In this document: positions 53,640 to 63,449 of the stretch, piece by piece
Layout: each line of letters begins with the position of its first letter
How positions within the stretch are numbered: position 1 is the stretch's first letter
NCBI GenBank assembly: GCA_963749155.1
Contig: CAVVLO010000002.1
Coordinates: 1,344,001 to 1,408,000, forward strand
DNA length: 64,000 nucleotides
Direction of reading: 5' to 3'
Source of the DNA: an uncultured Armatimonadia bacterium
Lineage (GTDB): Bacteria; Armatimonadota; Zipacnadia; CAVVLO01
Notes under the pieces: model-generated
The model's input: the letters and a program-made list of their open reading frames with translations, nothing else
What the model was told of the DNA's origin: nothing
The model's database searches: none
Program-made: the position numbers and the translations under genes

Positions 53640-55109
53640 ATGACGTCAGGCGACCAGCCACAAGGGGCCCTCGACAGGCCCTTCCCCCAAAGTAGCGAAG
53701 CGGAGCAGGCCACCCTCGGGGCGATGCTGCTGGACGGCCAGGCAGTGGTCGAAGTTGCTTCGCTCCTTTCCGAAGAAGATTTCACCAACCGGGCTCATCA
53801 ACTTATTTATCGAGCCATTTTTACGCTGAACGACCGCGGCCAGGCTGTAGACCTCACTACCGTCACCGAGCAACTGCGCGCCAGCAATCACCTCGAGCAA
53901 GTTGGCGGCGCGGAATATCTGATGACGCTTACCGACCGCGTTTCGCGCACCTCCAACGCAATGTATTACGCGCACATCGTCGCCGACAGGGGCATCGCGC
54001 GCAAGCTCATCAAAGCCTCCCAGCAGATATCCGAACTCGGCTTCAAGGGCGAGATAGAAGTCGAGGATATGCTCAATAAAGCTGAGGAGATTATCTTCAG
54101 CATCGCCGATGGCAAACTTAGCGGCGACTTCACTCCGGTGCGAGACCTGGTTACCCAGACCTTCGATCGAATAGACCAGCGCAGCAAAGCGCCAGGCCAG
54201 GTAATGGGGCTGGAGACAGGCTTTATCGACCTCGACCTTATGACAGGGGGATTCCAGTCATCCGACCTGATTATCGTGGCTGGGCGCCCTTCGATGGGCA
54301 AGACTTCCCTCGCAATGAATATCGCCCAGTTCGTCACGATGGAACGCGAGAAGCCAGTTGGCATCTTCAGCCTCGAGATGAGCTCGGACCAGCTTGTCGA
54401 GCAACTGCTTTGCGCGCATGCCAGAGTCAATGCCCATCATTTGCGTATGGGCACGCTCAGTCCTCAGGACTGGCGCCGGTTGATGAAATCCATAGATGCG
54501 CTCTACAAGGCGCCCCTTTTTATCGACGATACCCCGGGCCTGTCAGCCGCCGAGATGCGCGCCAAAGCCAGGCGTCTCAAAGCGCGGGAGGATGTCTCGC
54601 TTATCGTGATTGACTATGTCCAGCTCATCAGCCCTCCTCAGACAAGAAGCGAAAGCCGCGCCACCGAGATAGCCTATATTGCGCGTCAGCTCAAGCAGAT
54701 GGCCAGAGAGCTCTCCTGTCCGGTCATTGCCATCTCGCAGCTTTCGCGCGCGGTCGAGCGCCGCGAGAACAAGCGCCCAATGCTCTCGGACCTTATGGAA
54801 TCCTCCGCGCTGGAGGCCGAAGCCGATCTGGTCTGCTTCGTTTACAGGCCCAAATATTATGAACAGCGTGATGAAAGCGAGGCCGAAGAATCGCGCAAGC
54901 GCGATGAAGATATGGCTTCTCTCAGTGCTGAGGACCGCCGTAAAGTCAGGATGGAGGAACAGACCCAGGCCGATGTGGCAGAGCTGATTGTTGCCAAGCA
55001 CCGCACTGGCCCAACTGGCACCGTCAACTTGACCTTCATCCCGAAATACCGTTCCTTCCGCAGTTACAGCAAAGAAACCGACGCGCCTCCGCCCCCCTCG
55101 GAGGACTAG
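53640..55109 (+). CDS. dnaB: Replicative DNA helicase
   Basis: EAEQATLGAML, Walker A GRPSMGKT, FSLEM, IDYVQL, SQLSR and KHRTGPTG. Confidence 0.95.
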   Translation: MTSGDQPQGALDRPFPQSSEAEQATLGAMLLDGQAVVEVASLLSEEDFTNRAHQLIYRAIFTLNDRGQAVDLTTVTEQLRASNHLEQVGGAEYLMTLTDRVSRTSNAMYYAHIVADRGIARKLIKASQQISELGFKGEIEVEDMLNKAEEIIFSIADGKLSGDFTPVRDLVTQTFDRIDQRSKAPGQVMGLETGFIDLDLMTGGFQSSDLIIVAGRPSMGKTSLAMNIAQFVTMEREKPVGIFSLEMSSDQLVEQLLCAHARVNAHHLRMGTLSPQDWRRLMKSIDALYKAPLFIDDTPGLSAAEMRAKARRLKAREDVSLIVIDYVQLISPPQTRSESRATEIAYIARQLKQMARELSCPVIAISQLSRAVERRENKRPMLSDLMESSALEAEADLVCFVYRPKYYEQRDESEAEESRKRDEDMASLSAEDRRKVRMEEQTQADVAELIVAKHRTGPTGTVNLTFIPKYRSFRSYSKETDAPPPPSED

Positions 55110-55129
55110 CCCCAAGGGAGTGAAAGCTG

Positions 55130-56407
55130 TTGAAAGTGCTTGTAATCGGATCGGGTGGGCGCGAGCACGCCCTGGTCTGGAAACTGGCCCAGAGCCCGCA
55201 GGTGACCAGGCTGTACTGTGCGCCTGGGAATCCTGGAATTGCAAAACTGGCAGAGCTTGTCGCTCTTGAGGTGCTGGATGTCGACGGCCTGGTGGCCTTC
55301 ATCCAGCAGCAGGCGATCGACCTTGTAGTGCCTGGCCCCGAAGCGCCACTGGTCGCAGGACTGACCGACCGCCTGACCCCTCTTGGCATCCGCTGCTTTG
55401 GTCCGACGGCTGAAGGCGCTCAGCTCGAAGGCAGCAAAGTCTTCGCCAAAACTGTGATGGCCGAAGCGGGTATCCCAACCGCTGATTTTGAAGTATTTTC
55501 CGATGCTGACAAGGCGCTAGCCTATATTGAGAAGCAAGGCGCGCCCATCGTGGTGAAGGCCGATGGTCTGGCCGCGGGCAAGGGCGCAATCGTGGCACTG
55601 ACCCTCGAGGCCGCCCGGAAGGCTATCGAACTCATAATGGTAGATAAAGCCTTCGGCGAGGCCGGCAATCAGGTTGTAATTGAAGAGTGTATGTCCGGGC
55701 CTGAGTGCTCGATAAAAGCTTTCTGTGATGGCTCGACTTTCGTCCCGATGGCGCCTTCGCAAGATTACAAGCGCGCCTTCGATGGCGATGCGGGCCTCAA
55801 TACGGGGGGGATGGGCGCCTACTCGCCCGTGCCGCTTCTCTCCGATGAGCTTTTCGCCCAGATCCGCCGCGAGGTGCTCGAGCCCCTGATGACGGCGATG
55901 GCCGACCGCGGTCTGCCCTACAAGGGTGTCATCTACGCCGGCCTTATGCTCACGCCAACAGGCCCGCGCGTGCTGGAGTTCAACTGCCGGTTTGGCGATC
56001 CCGAGACCCAGGTCGTGCTGCCGCGCCTCGACAGCGACCTCCTAGATTTGTGTCTGGCTGGCGCTGAAGGGCGGCTTGCGGAAATCACCCCTCGCTGGTC
56101 GCCGCTCAAGGCCGTCACTGTTGTAATGGCCTCTGGCGGTTATCCCGGTAACTACGCCAAAGGCAAGTTAATCACTGGTATCGACGAAGCAGAGCAGCTC
56201 GAGGGAGTCACTGTCTTCCAGGCCGGCACAAAGCTGGATGAGGAGGGCAGGCTGGTCACGGCAGGGGGACGGGTGCTCAATGTCACCGCGCTGGCGCCAA
56301 CTTTTGCCCAGGCGCGCCAGCAGGCCTATGAAGGGGTCGCGAGAATCCGCTTCGATGACGTTCACTTCCGCAAGGATGTCGCCTTGCGCGCTGTGGAGAA
56401 AAACTAA
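55130..56407 (+). CDS. purD: Phosphoribosylamine-glycine ligase
   Basis: IGSGGREHAL, LEGSKVFAK, KADGLAAGKG, NTGGMGAYSP and EFNCRFGDPE. Confidence 0.96.
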   Translation: MKVLVIGSGGREHALVWKLAQSPQVTRLYCAPGNPGIAKLAELVALEVLDVDGLVAFIQQQAIDLVVPGPEAPLVAGLTDRLTPLGIRCFGPTAEGAQLEGSKVFAKTVMAEAGIPTADFEVFSDADKALAYIEKQGAPIVVKADGLAAGKGAIVALTLEAARKAIELIMVDKAFGEAGNQVVIEECMSGPECSIKAFCDGSTFVPMAPSQDYKRAFDGDAGLNTGGMGAYSPVPLLSDELFAQIRREVLEPLMTAMADRGLPYKGVIYAGLMLTPTGPRVLEFNCRFGDPETQVVLPRLDSDLLDLCLAGAEGRLAEITPRWSPLKAVTVVMASGGYPGNYAKGKLITGIDEAEQLEGVTVFQAGTKLDEEGRLVTAGGRVLNVTALAPTFAQARQQAYEGVARIRFDDVHFRKDVALRAVEKN

Positions 56408-56874
56408 TGAGTAAAGTCGCCCTCCTGATGGGCAGCAAATCAGACTCTGACATCGCCGCCAAGGCCGCCGAGACACTGGCTGGACTGGGCATTGAGAGCG
56501 ATACACTGGTGCTTTCGGCGCATCGCACACCCGATGAAGCGACAACTTTCGCCAAGCAGGCGGCCGAGCAAGGTTATTCGGCCATCATCGGCATCGCGGG
56601 CCTTGCGGCTCATCTGCCGGGCGTACTGGCCTCTCATACACTGCTGCCAGTCATCGGCGTGCCGCGTTCTGCAGGCCCGCTGAACGGTGTAGATGCGCTC
56701 TATTCGATTGTGCAGATGCCCCCTGGCATCCCTGTAGCCAGCGTTGGGATTGACAACGCGACCAACGCGGCGCTGCTCGCGGCCAGGATTATCGCGCTTT
56801 CGGATGAGGATGTCCGTGCCAAACTTGAAGCCTATGTGAAAGCGATGCATGACAAGATTCTGGCCGGCGGCTAA
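56407..56874 (+). CDS. purE: N5-CAIR mutase
   Basis: MGSKSD, SAHRTP, AAHLPG and SIVQMPPGIPVA. Confidence 0.96.
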   Translation: MSKVALLMGSKSDSDIAAKAAETLAGLGIESDTLVLSAHRTPDEATTFAKQAAEQGYSAIIGIAGLAAHLPGVLASHTLLPVIGVPRSAGPLNGVDALYSIVQMPPGIPVASVGIDNATNAALLAARIIALSDEDVRAKLEAYVKAMHDKILAGG

Positions 56875-56888
56875 GGAGCTGCAACACA

Positions 56889-58376
56889 GTGATTCGGATA
56901 GAGGGTGACGAGGTAGTCTTCGAAAGCGAGCGCCTGCAGCACGAATGCGGCGTTTTTGGCCTTTATGCGCCCAATGAAGATGTCTCTCGAACCACCTATT
57001 TCGGCCTTTTTGCCCTTCAACATCGCGGCCAGGAAAGCGCCGGCATCACGGTCAGCACGGGCTCCGAGCTGAAAAGCCACCGAGATATGGGGTTGGTGGC
57101 GCAGGTCTTCTCTGAAGAGCATCTCTTCGAGCTGCAGGGCGTTGCCGCCATCGGGCATGTGCGTTATTCCACGACCGGCAGCTCGGTGCTGCGCAACAGC
57201 CAGCCGCTTACCATCCGCGCAGGTCACCAGCCTTTCGCCATCGCCCACAACGGCAACCTGGTCAACACCGACGCGCTTTCCGAGAAGTACCAAAGACTCG
57301 GTTATCGTTTTGCCACTACCTCTGACAGTGAAGTGCTGGGGGTCGCCATCGCGCACGCCTGGCAGAGGGACGAACCCATCGAACAAGCCGTGCTGCGCGT
57401 GATGGAAGAGCTGCGCGGCGCCTACTCCGTGGTGCTGCTGACGCCTGACCGGGTCGTCGCTTTTAAGGATCCCCAGGGCTTCAGGCCTCTGTGCCTTGGT
57501 CAGCTCGAACAGGGAGACGGCTATGTGGTCGCCTCCGAGACCTGCGCGCTCTCGCCGATTGGCGCCAGGTTCCTGAGGGAAATCGAACCAGGCGAGGTAG
57601 CGGTCCTTACCCAGAGCAAGGTAGAGTTCCACAAGCCCCCTATGCCAACCAGGTCGGCCGGCTGCATCTTCGAGTTCATCTATTTTGCCCGCCCGGATAG
57701 TTATATTTACGGCCGCAACCTGCATTTCGCCCGCAGGCGGATGGGCAATGTGCTGGCCCAGGAGCATCCGCTCGAGCACGATGGGCCCAGCCTGGTCATC
57801 CCCGTGCCCGACACCGGCATCCCCGCCGCCATCGGTTACGCCGAGGCCTCGGGCCACAAGTTCAACGAGGGCTTTATCAAGAACCGGTATATCCAGCGCA
57901 CCTTCATCCAGCCCAACCAGCGGATGCGCGAGCTGGGCGTGCGGATGAAGTTGTCAGTCCTCAAAGAGGCGGTCTACGACCGCGCTGTGGTGATGGTGGA
58001 CGACAGCATCGTCCGCGGCACGACGACTGGCCCGACGGTGAAATTGCTGCGCGAGAACGGCGCTCGCGAGGTGCATGTGCGCATCACGGCGCCCCCGCTC
58101 AGGTTCCCGTGCTTCTACGGCGTGGATATGGCCACCCAGGATCAACTGATCGCGGCCAACCTCAGCGTGGACAAGATCCGCGACCACATCGGCGCCGACA
58201 GCCTGGGCTATCTCTCACCCAAGGGCCTCATCAAAGCCATCGGCATCCCGCGCAGCAAGTTCTGTATGGCCTGTTTCGTGGGAGAGTATCCGACCGAATT
58301 GCCCAAAGGCACTTGCGTGGCCAACTGCCGCGTGTGCGAGGGCGACCCCGAGGCCGACGGCGTGGATATGTGGTAG
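56889..58376 (+). CDS. purF: Amidophosphoribosyltransferase
   Basis: Propeptide then ECGVFG, LQHRGQE, GHVRYST, CIFEFIYFARPDS and VDDSIVRGTT. Confidence 0.96.
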   Translation: MIRIEGDEVVFESERLQHECGVFGLYAPNEDVSRTTYFGLFALQHRGQESAGITVSTGSELKSHRDMGLVAQVFSEEHLFELQGVAAIGHVRYSTTGSSVLRNSQPLTIRAGHQPFAIAHNGNLVNTDALSEKYQRLGYRFATTSDSEVLGVAIAHAWQRDEPIEQAVLRVMEELRGAYSVVLLTPDRVVAFKDPQGFRPLCLGQLEQGDGYVVASETCALSPIGARFLREIEPGEVAVLTQSKVEFHKPPMPTRSAGCIFEFIYFARPDSYIYGRNLHFARRRMGNVLAQEHPLEHDGPSLVIPVPDTGIPAAIGYAEASGHKFNEGFIKNRYIQRTFIQPNQRMRELGVRMKLSVLKEAVYDRAVVMVDDSIVRGTTTGPTVKLLRENGAREVHVRITAPPLRFPCFYGVDMATQDQLIAANLSVDKIRDHIGADSLGYLSPKGLIKAIGIPRSKFCMACFVGEYPTELPKGTCVANCRVCEGDPEADGVDMW

Positions 58377-58408
58377 CCCCACCAGGCCTGCAAACGAACC
58401 GAAACACC

Positions 58409-58446
58409 CAGGGAGGCCCCGCAAAGGGCCTCCCTGTTTTGTTTTT
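58409..58446 (+). terminator. Intrinsic terminator after purF
   Basis: CAGGGAGGCCC-CGCAAA-GGGCCTCCCTG followed by TTTTGTTTTT. Confidence 0.85.
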
Positions 58447-58470
58447 CGTCCGCGCACAATTCACGAGCGT

Positions 58471-59455
58471 CTACCTCTTCCTCAGCTTCACGACGAGGAA
58501 GACGACCAGCAAGCACCGCCAGGGCGGCGAGGGCGTAGGCCAAGCCCTGTCGCGCCCCAGGGTTTATGTTGCCAAGCAATCCGGGAGTACTACCTCCAGC
58601 AAGTAGTGGTGGCCCACCTAATACCTCGCCACTCATGGCGTCTACACCTAGAGCGCGCCAAGGGGGATAGTAGTCGTTGGTGTTAACGGGTGGAGGAAGC
58701 TGTCGTTCATAGCGAACACTCCAAACCAGCCTTCCAGGTGCTGAGATGCCTGGGCCATCTGTCTCGTAGAGCAACAGGGGTGCCCCGTTGGGCTGGTAGT
58801 CTGCATCTGCCTGCACCTGCGCAGGCGTGACACCAAAGGTCTCGGCAATCTCGGCCAGGATTGCTGTCAGCGCAATGGCAGCAGCCTGCTCAGACGAAAT
58901 AGTGGGTGTTGCCAAAGCTGGCTCGAGTTGGCTCTTGTCAAGCGGGTACCCCGATACCGCGAAGTAGACAGGCTCGCCAGTAGCTGGGAGCACATCCAGT
59001 ACCAGGTAAGGCGGGAGCGTCCTGTCAACACGCGCATCCGCAAAGACCAGCGTGCAAGTTCCAAAAGCATCATCTCTGAACTGTGTACATGTCAGCCCAG
59101 CGACGTTGAACTCTGAGGGCAGGTAATCCGCAAGCCAAACATGCGCGCGAGTGATAAGCTCCTCTTCAGAGAGGTGAGTGGTCACCCTATGCGTCCCAAA
59201 TGCATCCTCACGCCCTACCTGCGCTGCGCAGGTTCCACTCGGACCGAGATATACGAAGCCCTTTGCACCGGTGCTGGTCGAAGTTACCTGGTATTCGCCA
59301 TCCCAATCGGGCGAAGACCATTCGAAGGGACCTGCTCCGAGTATAGGCGAAAGAGCAGAATCTGGCAGGGGATTGGCCTCTGCACCGATGAATCCAGTCG
59401 ATGGAAGCGCTTGTAGCATAAGGAAGAAAAGCCCCAGCAGTAGTCTTCTTGTCAT
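58471..59455 (-). CDS. Secreted protein with PepSY-like motif and C-terminal TM-VKLRKR tail (one extra base near 58511)
   Basis: Signal peptide and RLVW...GVDAMSGEVL. Removing one extra A restores LAYALAALAVLLVVFLVVKLRKR-stop at 58471, matching the neighbouring gene. Confidence 0.7.
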
Positions 59456-59540
59456 CTCATTCACCCCACACCAGGTCGGCGCCGCTCGTTGTGTCGAGAC
59501 ACTCCTGTCCCGATACCAGGGCCGAGGTCCTGCCCCCTTC

Positions 59541-60452
59541 TTACCTCTTCCTCAGCTTCACGACGAGGAAGACGACCAGCAGCACCGCCAGGGCGGCGAG
59601 GGTGTATGCCGCGACAGGCGGAGAGGCAGTATCAGTTGCCGGCGGGGCTGCAGCCGGCTGCGTTGTCGGTTGGCCGGGCGTAGGAGCGGCAGGGGCAGGG
59701 GGCCTGTATCCATTTTCACCTGAAAACAATACTTCCCCCGTAGTCGCGTCAACAGCGCCAACAAGGCCAGTAACTTCTGATGCTGTGGGCTCAAGCTCCA
59801 GCACCCAAGCCAAGGCATTACCGCCCTTCTGGTCTGGGACAACTTTCAGTTCACTGTAACTATAGGTAGCGCTGCCACTAAGGCCTCTTGATTTTAAAAG
59901 CGCATCTCGAGCTTCATCCTGGGTAAGCGTCGGCTCCTTCGCCACGGTATTCGCAAGCGGTAGGTACATTAAGCCCACCACAGCGCCACTTCGATCAACC
60001 TTAGCGTTGTACATGGGATAACTCTTGTGTCCGTTGTCTATTGTATACACTGATACCTCCCAGCCCGAGTAATTGTGCCCGCTACGCTCTTGCACATCAA
60101 CCTGGACCATGTCCCCGACTGGAGTAATACCAAGGGGGCCACTTACCTTGGAGACGAAGGCCTTGGTACGCGCCACAGCGCCCTTGGCTGACCATACCCG
60201 TTTGCGATCTCGGTTCAACTCGGAATCTGGCCTTGTTCTAAGCACTAGGGTGCCCGCCATCGCGCCACCATACTCCAGCGCTAGCCCTTCTCCGCTGTAT
60301 ACCGTGGAACCTGACGGAGTCGTGCTATGGAACTGCAATTCGCCTGTAAACCCCATTGCCTTGGCCGCCTTTTGAGCGTCTTCAAGGGTCTGGGCAGACA
60401 GGGCTGTCCAAAAAGCGAGTGAGAATAATAGGACCCAAGCAAGGATTCTCAT
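59541..60452 (-). CDS. Secreted protein with PepSY-like motif and C-terminal TM-VKLRKR tail
   Basis: AGGAG RBS and signal peptide MRILAWVLLFSLAFWTALSA. LAW...VDATTGEVL, Pro/Ala linker, TM helix, KLRKR. Confidence 0.78.
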   Translation of the reverse strand: MRILAWVLLFSLAFWTALSAQTLEDAQKAAKAMGFTGELQFHSTTPSGSTVYSGEGLALEYGGAMAGTLVLRTRPDSELNRDRKRVWSAKGAVARTKAFVSKVSGPLGITPVGDMVQVDVQERSGHNYSGWEVSVYTIDNGHKSYPMYNAKVDRSGAVVGLMYLPLANTVAKEPTLTQDEARDALLKSRGLSGSATYSYSELKVVPDQKGGNALAWVLELEPTASEVTGLVGAVDATTGEVLFSGENGYRPPAPAAPTPGQPTTQPAAAPPATDTASPPVAAYTLAALAVLLVVFLVVKLRKR

Positions 60453-60502
60453 ATCTCGCATCTCCTTTTGCCAACTACCAAAGCGTAAGTCCTGTGCCTT
60501 CC

Positions 60503-61405
60503 TTATCTTTTCCTCAGCTTCACGAAGACGATGATCAGGAGGACTGCCAGCACTGCCAGGCCGATGAGGGCCCAAAGAGGCAGCTCTACTGGTTCCGCAG
60601 GGGGAGCCCCGCCTCCCCCAGGTGAGGGCATCGGTCCTTCGGCGTTGGTCTGCACCAGCACCTCGCCCGAGACCGCATCCACGACACCGATCGCCAGCGC
60701 CTTGCCCGCGCTGAAGACCGTCAGCTCCCAACCGAGCGCAGGGGGCTTGCCAGCCCAGCGAGCGATGCGCAACTCGGCCTCCAGTCGCTCTATCGGGTCG
60801 GTCTTCCCCAGAGCTTTTAACAGCGCCTCGGCGGCTTGCTCCTTCGTTATCTTGGGCTGAAGGCTGGCAGGCTCGCCCGGCGGGCTGTAGCTGAGGTTGC
60901 GCAGGGCGCCTCCTTCGTCAAACTGTAGCTCGCACTCTGGCAGCGCTGGCACCTCTCCCACAAACCTGACCAGGCTCACGAACCAGTCGGTATCCTCGCG
61001 CTCGAGGGTTATCTGCATTTCCGCCAGGGGAAGCTGCAACCCGAGTTTGGGGCCGTAATCGGCGATAAACTTGCGCGCGGCTTTCTCGGCAGCAGACTTC
61101 CGCGAGATGCCCCTGGTACCTTGATTGAAGGGAGCCTCGGCTGAGGCGGCCAGTTTCATCGAGCCGTCCGAGAACACCATCAGACTGAAAGTGTCGCAAC
61201 TGCCGGCTAGCCCGGACAGCGTCGGACCGCCCATCCCCGGAGGCGCCTGGGAGATTGTCACCTCGCCAGGGGCGCCCAGCGCGGCACACAGCGCCTGCAG
61301 TTGGGCTTCCGGTGTTGCGGCTGGCGCGCTTGAAGCCATAAGGCCGAAGGACAATACAGTGAGCAGGAGGCAAGCTCCAGCAAGCAGGTTCGCGCGAGGT
61401 GTCAT
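60503..61405 (-). CDS. Secreted protein with PepSY-like motif and C-terminal TM-VKLRKR tail
   Basis: GGAGG RBS and signal peptide. LGW...VDAVSGEVL, Pro/Gly linker, LPLWALIGLAVLAVLLIIVFVKLRKR. Confidence 0.78.
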   Translation of the reverse strand: MTPRANLLAGACLLLTVLSFGLMASSAPAATPEAQLQALCAALGAPGEVTISQAPPGMGGPTLSGLAGSCDTFSLMVFSDGSMKLAASAEAPFNQGTRGISRKSAAEKAARKFIADYGPKLGLQLPLAEMQITLEREDTDWFVSLVRFVGEVPALPECELQFDEGGALRNLSYSPPGEPASLQPKITKEQAAEALLKALGKTDPIERLEAELRIARWAGKPPALGWELTVFSAGKALAIGVVDAVSGEVLVQTNAEGPMPSPGGGGAPPAEPVELPLWALIGLAVLAVLLIIVFVKLRKR

Positions 61406-61616
61406 CAAGAGCCCTCCAACAGGCTAAGTATTTCAATAACTGGAAAGGTGTTGCCTTCAGTTTAACAGATGTTATCGGTTTTCAAGGTGGGGCGCGGGAG
61501 GGAGAAACCTCTCCCGGGGAAAAGGGTTATCTCCAGTCAGAGTTTTTAAGAGGAAAACGCTGCAATCAAACGAAATAGCACAGGTCCGATAGCTTACCCT
61601 ATAAAGGTGATTTTCA

Positions 61617-62441
61617 ATGAAGGCATCAATGAGTATCTGGAGTTTCCCAGGCGACTACAGCCTCGAGCAAGTAGCCGACCTGGCCGCCGCAGCCGGGTTC
61701 GATGGCGTCGAACTCGCAGTCAGTGAGACGGGCCGGCTTGGCCTGGATTCGTCTCGCGCCGAAGCGGAGAAAGTCCGCGCCCTGTTCGAGTCGAAAGGCC
61801 TTGGCATCGCCAACTTCGCCAATGGGATGGGCTGGGCCGCTCACGCCATCTCGACCGATGAAGCCGTCCACGCGAAGGCCAAGCGCATTTTCACAAAGGC
61901 CCTTGAGCTGGCCGCTGGCCTGGGCGCCGATTGCCTGCTGGTCGTGCCGGGCGCCGTCAGCCAGGATATGCCCTACGATCTGGCCTACAATCGCACAGTC
62001 GAAGTCTTCAAGAGCTGGGGCGACATCGCCGCCGAGTATGGCGTAACCATCGGCCTTGAGAATGTCTGGAACAAGTTTATGTTGTCTCCCATCGAGACCA
62101 AACGCCTTATCGAGGACATCGACCACGATTTCGTGAAAATCTGGTTCGATGTGGGCAACATCCTGCAGTTCGGCTTCCCCGAGCAGTGGATACGCATCCT
62201 CGGCGACAAAATCAAGATGATCCACGTGAAGGATTTCAAGACGTCCGTGGGCAACATCACGGGCTTCTGCAGCCTGCTCGAAGGCGATGTGAACTGGCCC
62301 GCCGTGCGCGAGGCGCTAATCGGCATCGGCTACACCGGCTGGCTGTCGGCCGAGCTTGGGCAATATCCTCACACCAAGGAGCGCCTGGCTTTCGACACCG
62401 CGGGCGCGCTTAAGGCCATCATCGAAGGCAAGCTGGTATAA
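61617..62441 (+). CDS. Sugar phosphate isomerase/epimerase (xylose-isomerase-like TIM barrel)
   Basis: AGFDGVEL, LENVWN, FDVGN, HVKD and GYTGWLSAE. Confidence 0.88.
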   Translation: MKASMSIWSFPGDYSLEQVADLAAAAGFDGVELAVSETGRLGLDSSRAEAEKVRALFESKGLGIANFANGMGWAAHAISTDEAVHAKAKRIFTKALELAAGLGADCLLVVPGAVSQDMPYDLAYNRTVEVFKSWGDIAAEYGVTIGLENVWNKFMLSPIETKRLIEDIDHDFVKIWFDVGNILQFGFPEQWIRILGDKIKMIHVKDFKTSVGNITGFCSLLEGDVNWPAVREALIGIGYTGWLSAELGQYPHTKERLAFDTAGALKAIIEGKLV

Positions 62442-63437
62442 ATGAGCGGACTCAGAGTAGCCGCTTATGGCTGTGGCGGTATGCAGCGCGGGCTACTTGG
62501 GGGACTGAAGGGCTGTGGCGGCGGCGAACTTGTCGCCGCCATAGACTCTGACCTCAACGCAGCTCAGCGGATGGCCGAGGAGCTGGGCGGTCAGCCTTTC
62601 ACTTCTTTCCAGGCAGCTCTCGAAGTTGCCGATTTCGATTCCGTCTTCGTCGCCACACCCGGCTTTCTGCACGCCGATAATGTGGTTGAAGCCTTCGCGG
62701 CGGGCAAGCATGTCTTCTGCGAGAAGCCGATGGCTTTCACCGTCGCCGACTGCGACCGGATGATCGCGGCGGGCGAAGCGGCGGGCAAGAAACTGATGGT
62801 TGGCCACGTGCTGCGGTATCTCCCGGTCTTCCAGAAGATGCTCGATTTGGTCGAATCCGGTGAATATGGCACCCCCTATGCCGCCGAAATCACCCGCACC
62901 TGGGAAGGTTGGGGCGGTTCTCATCGCAGTTGGAGGGACCTTAAGACCCAGGCCGGCGGTATCCTGTATGAAGTAAGCATTCACGAACTCGACTTTATGC
63001 GCTGCCTGATGGGCAACGCCACGCGCGTTTCGGCCGAACAACGGCGCACTGGAGTAGTGCCTGCTGATTACAACGATGTCGTCCAGGTAGCGGTGGGCTT
63101 CGAGCGGGGGCAGGGCGTAATGACCGCGCTGCTTTCTGCGGCGCTTGGTTATTACGATGGGCGCATCTGGCTGACCGAGGGGTTCTTCTGGTTCGATATG
63201 AGCCAGGGCACTCTGGTTTTGAAGAAGCGGGGGGGCGAACAGCAGAAGCTCTCCACTGCCGATTTCTCAGCCGATTATGAGCCTGGCGTCCAGCGCGAAA
63301 TACGCGAATTCGTCGAAGCAGTGCTTGAAGACAAGCCTTGCGCCATTCCGGGTAGCGAAGGCCGTGCCAACATCGAGGTCTGCGAGGCTGCTGACCTCTC
63401 CGCAGAGCGGGGGGCGGTAATCAAGCTGCCTCTCTAG
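62442..63437 (+). CDS. Gfo/Idh/MocA family oxidoreductase
   Basis: GCGG, ATP..LH, GKHVFCEKP and GGILYEVSIHELD. Confidence 0.9.
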   Translation: MSGLRVAAYGCGGMQRGLLGGLKGCGGGELVAAIDSDLNAAQRMAEELGGQPFTSFQAALEVADFDSVFVATPGFLHADNVVEAFAAGKHVFCEKPMAFTVADCDRMIAAGEAAGKKLMVGHVLRYLPVFQKMLDLVESGEYGTPYAAEITRTWEGWGGSHRSWRDLKTQAGGILYEVSIHELDFMRCLMGNATRVSAEQRRTGVVPADYNDVVQVAVGFERGQGVMTALLSAALGYYDGRIWLTEGFFWFDMSQGTLVLKKRGGEQQKLSTADFSADYEPGVQREIREFVEAVLEDKPCAIPGSEGRANIEVCEAADLSAERGAVIKLPL

Positions 63438-63449
63438 GCCGGAGGGCCA

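Noticed and set aside
58208..58470. C-terminal extension of ORF 58208-59464 overlapping purF
   Set aside because: It results from one extra base near 58511. The corrected gene stops at 58471, before the purF terminator.
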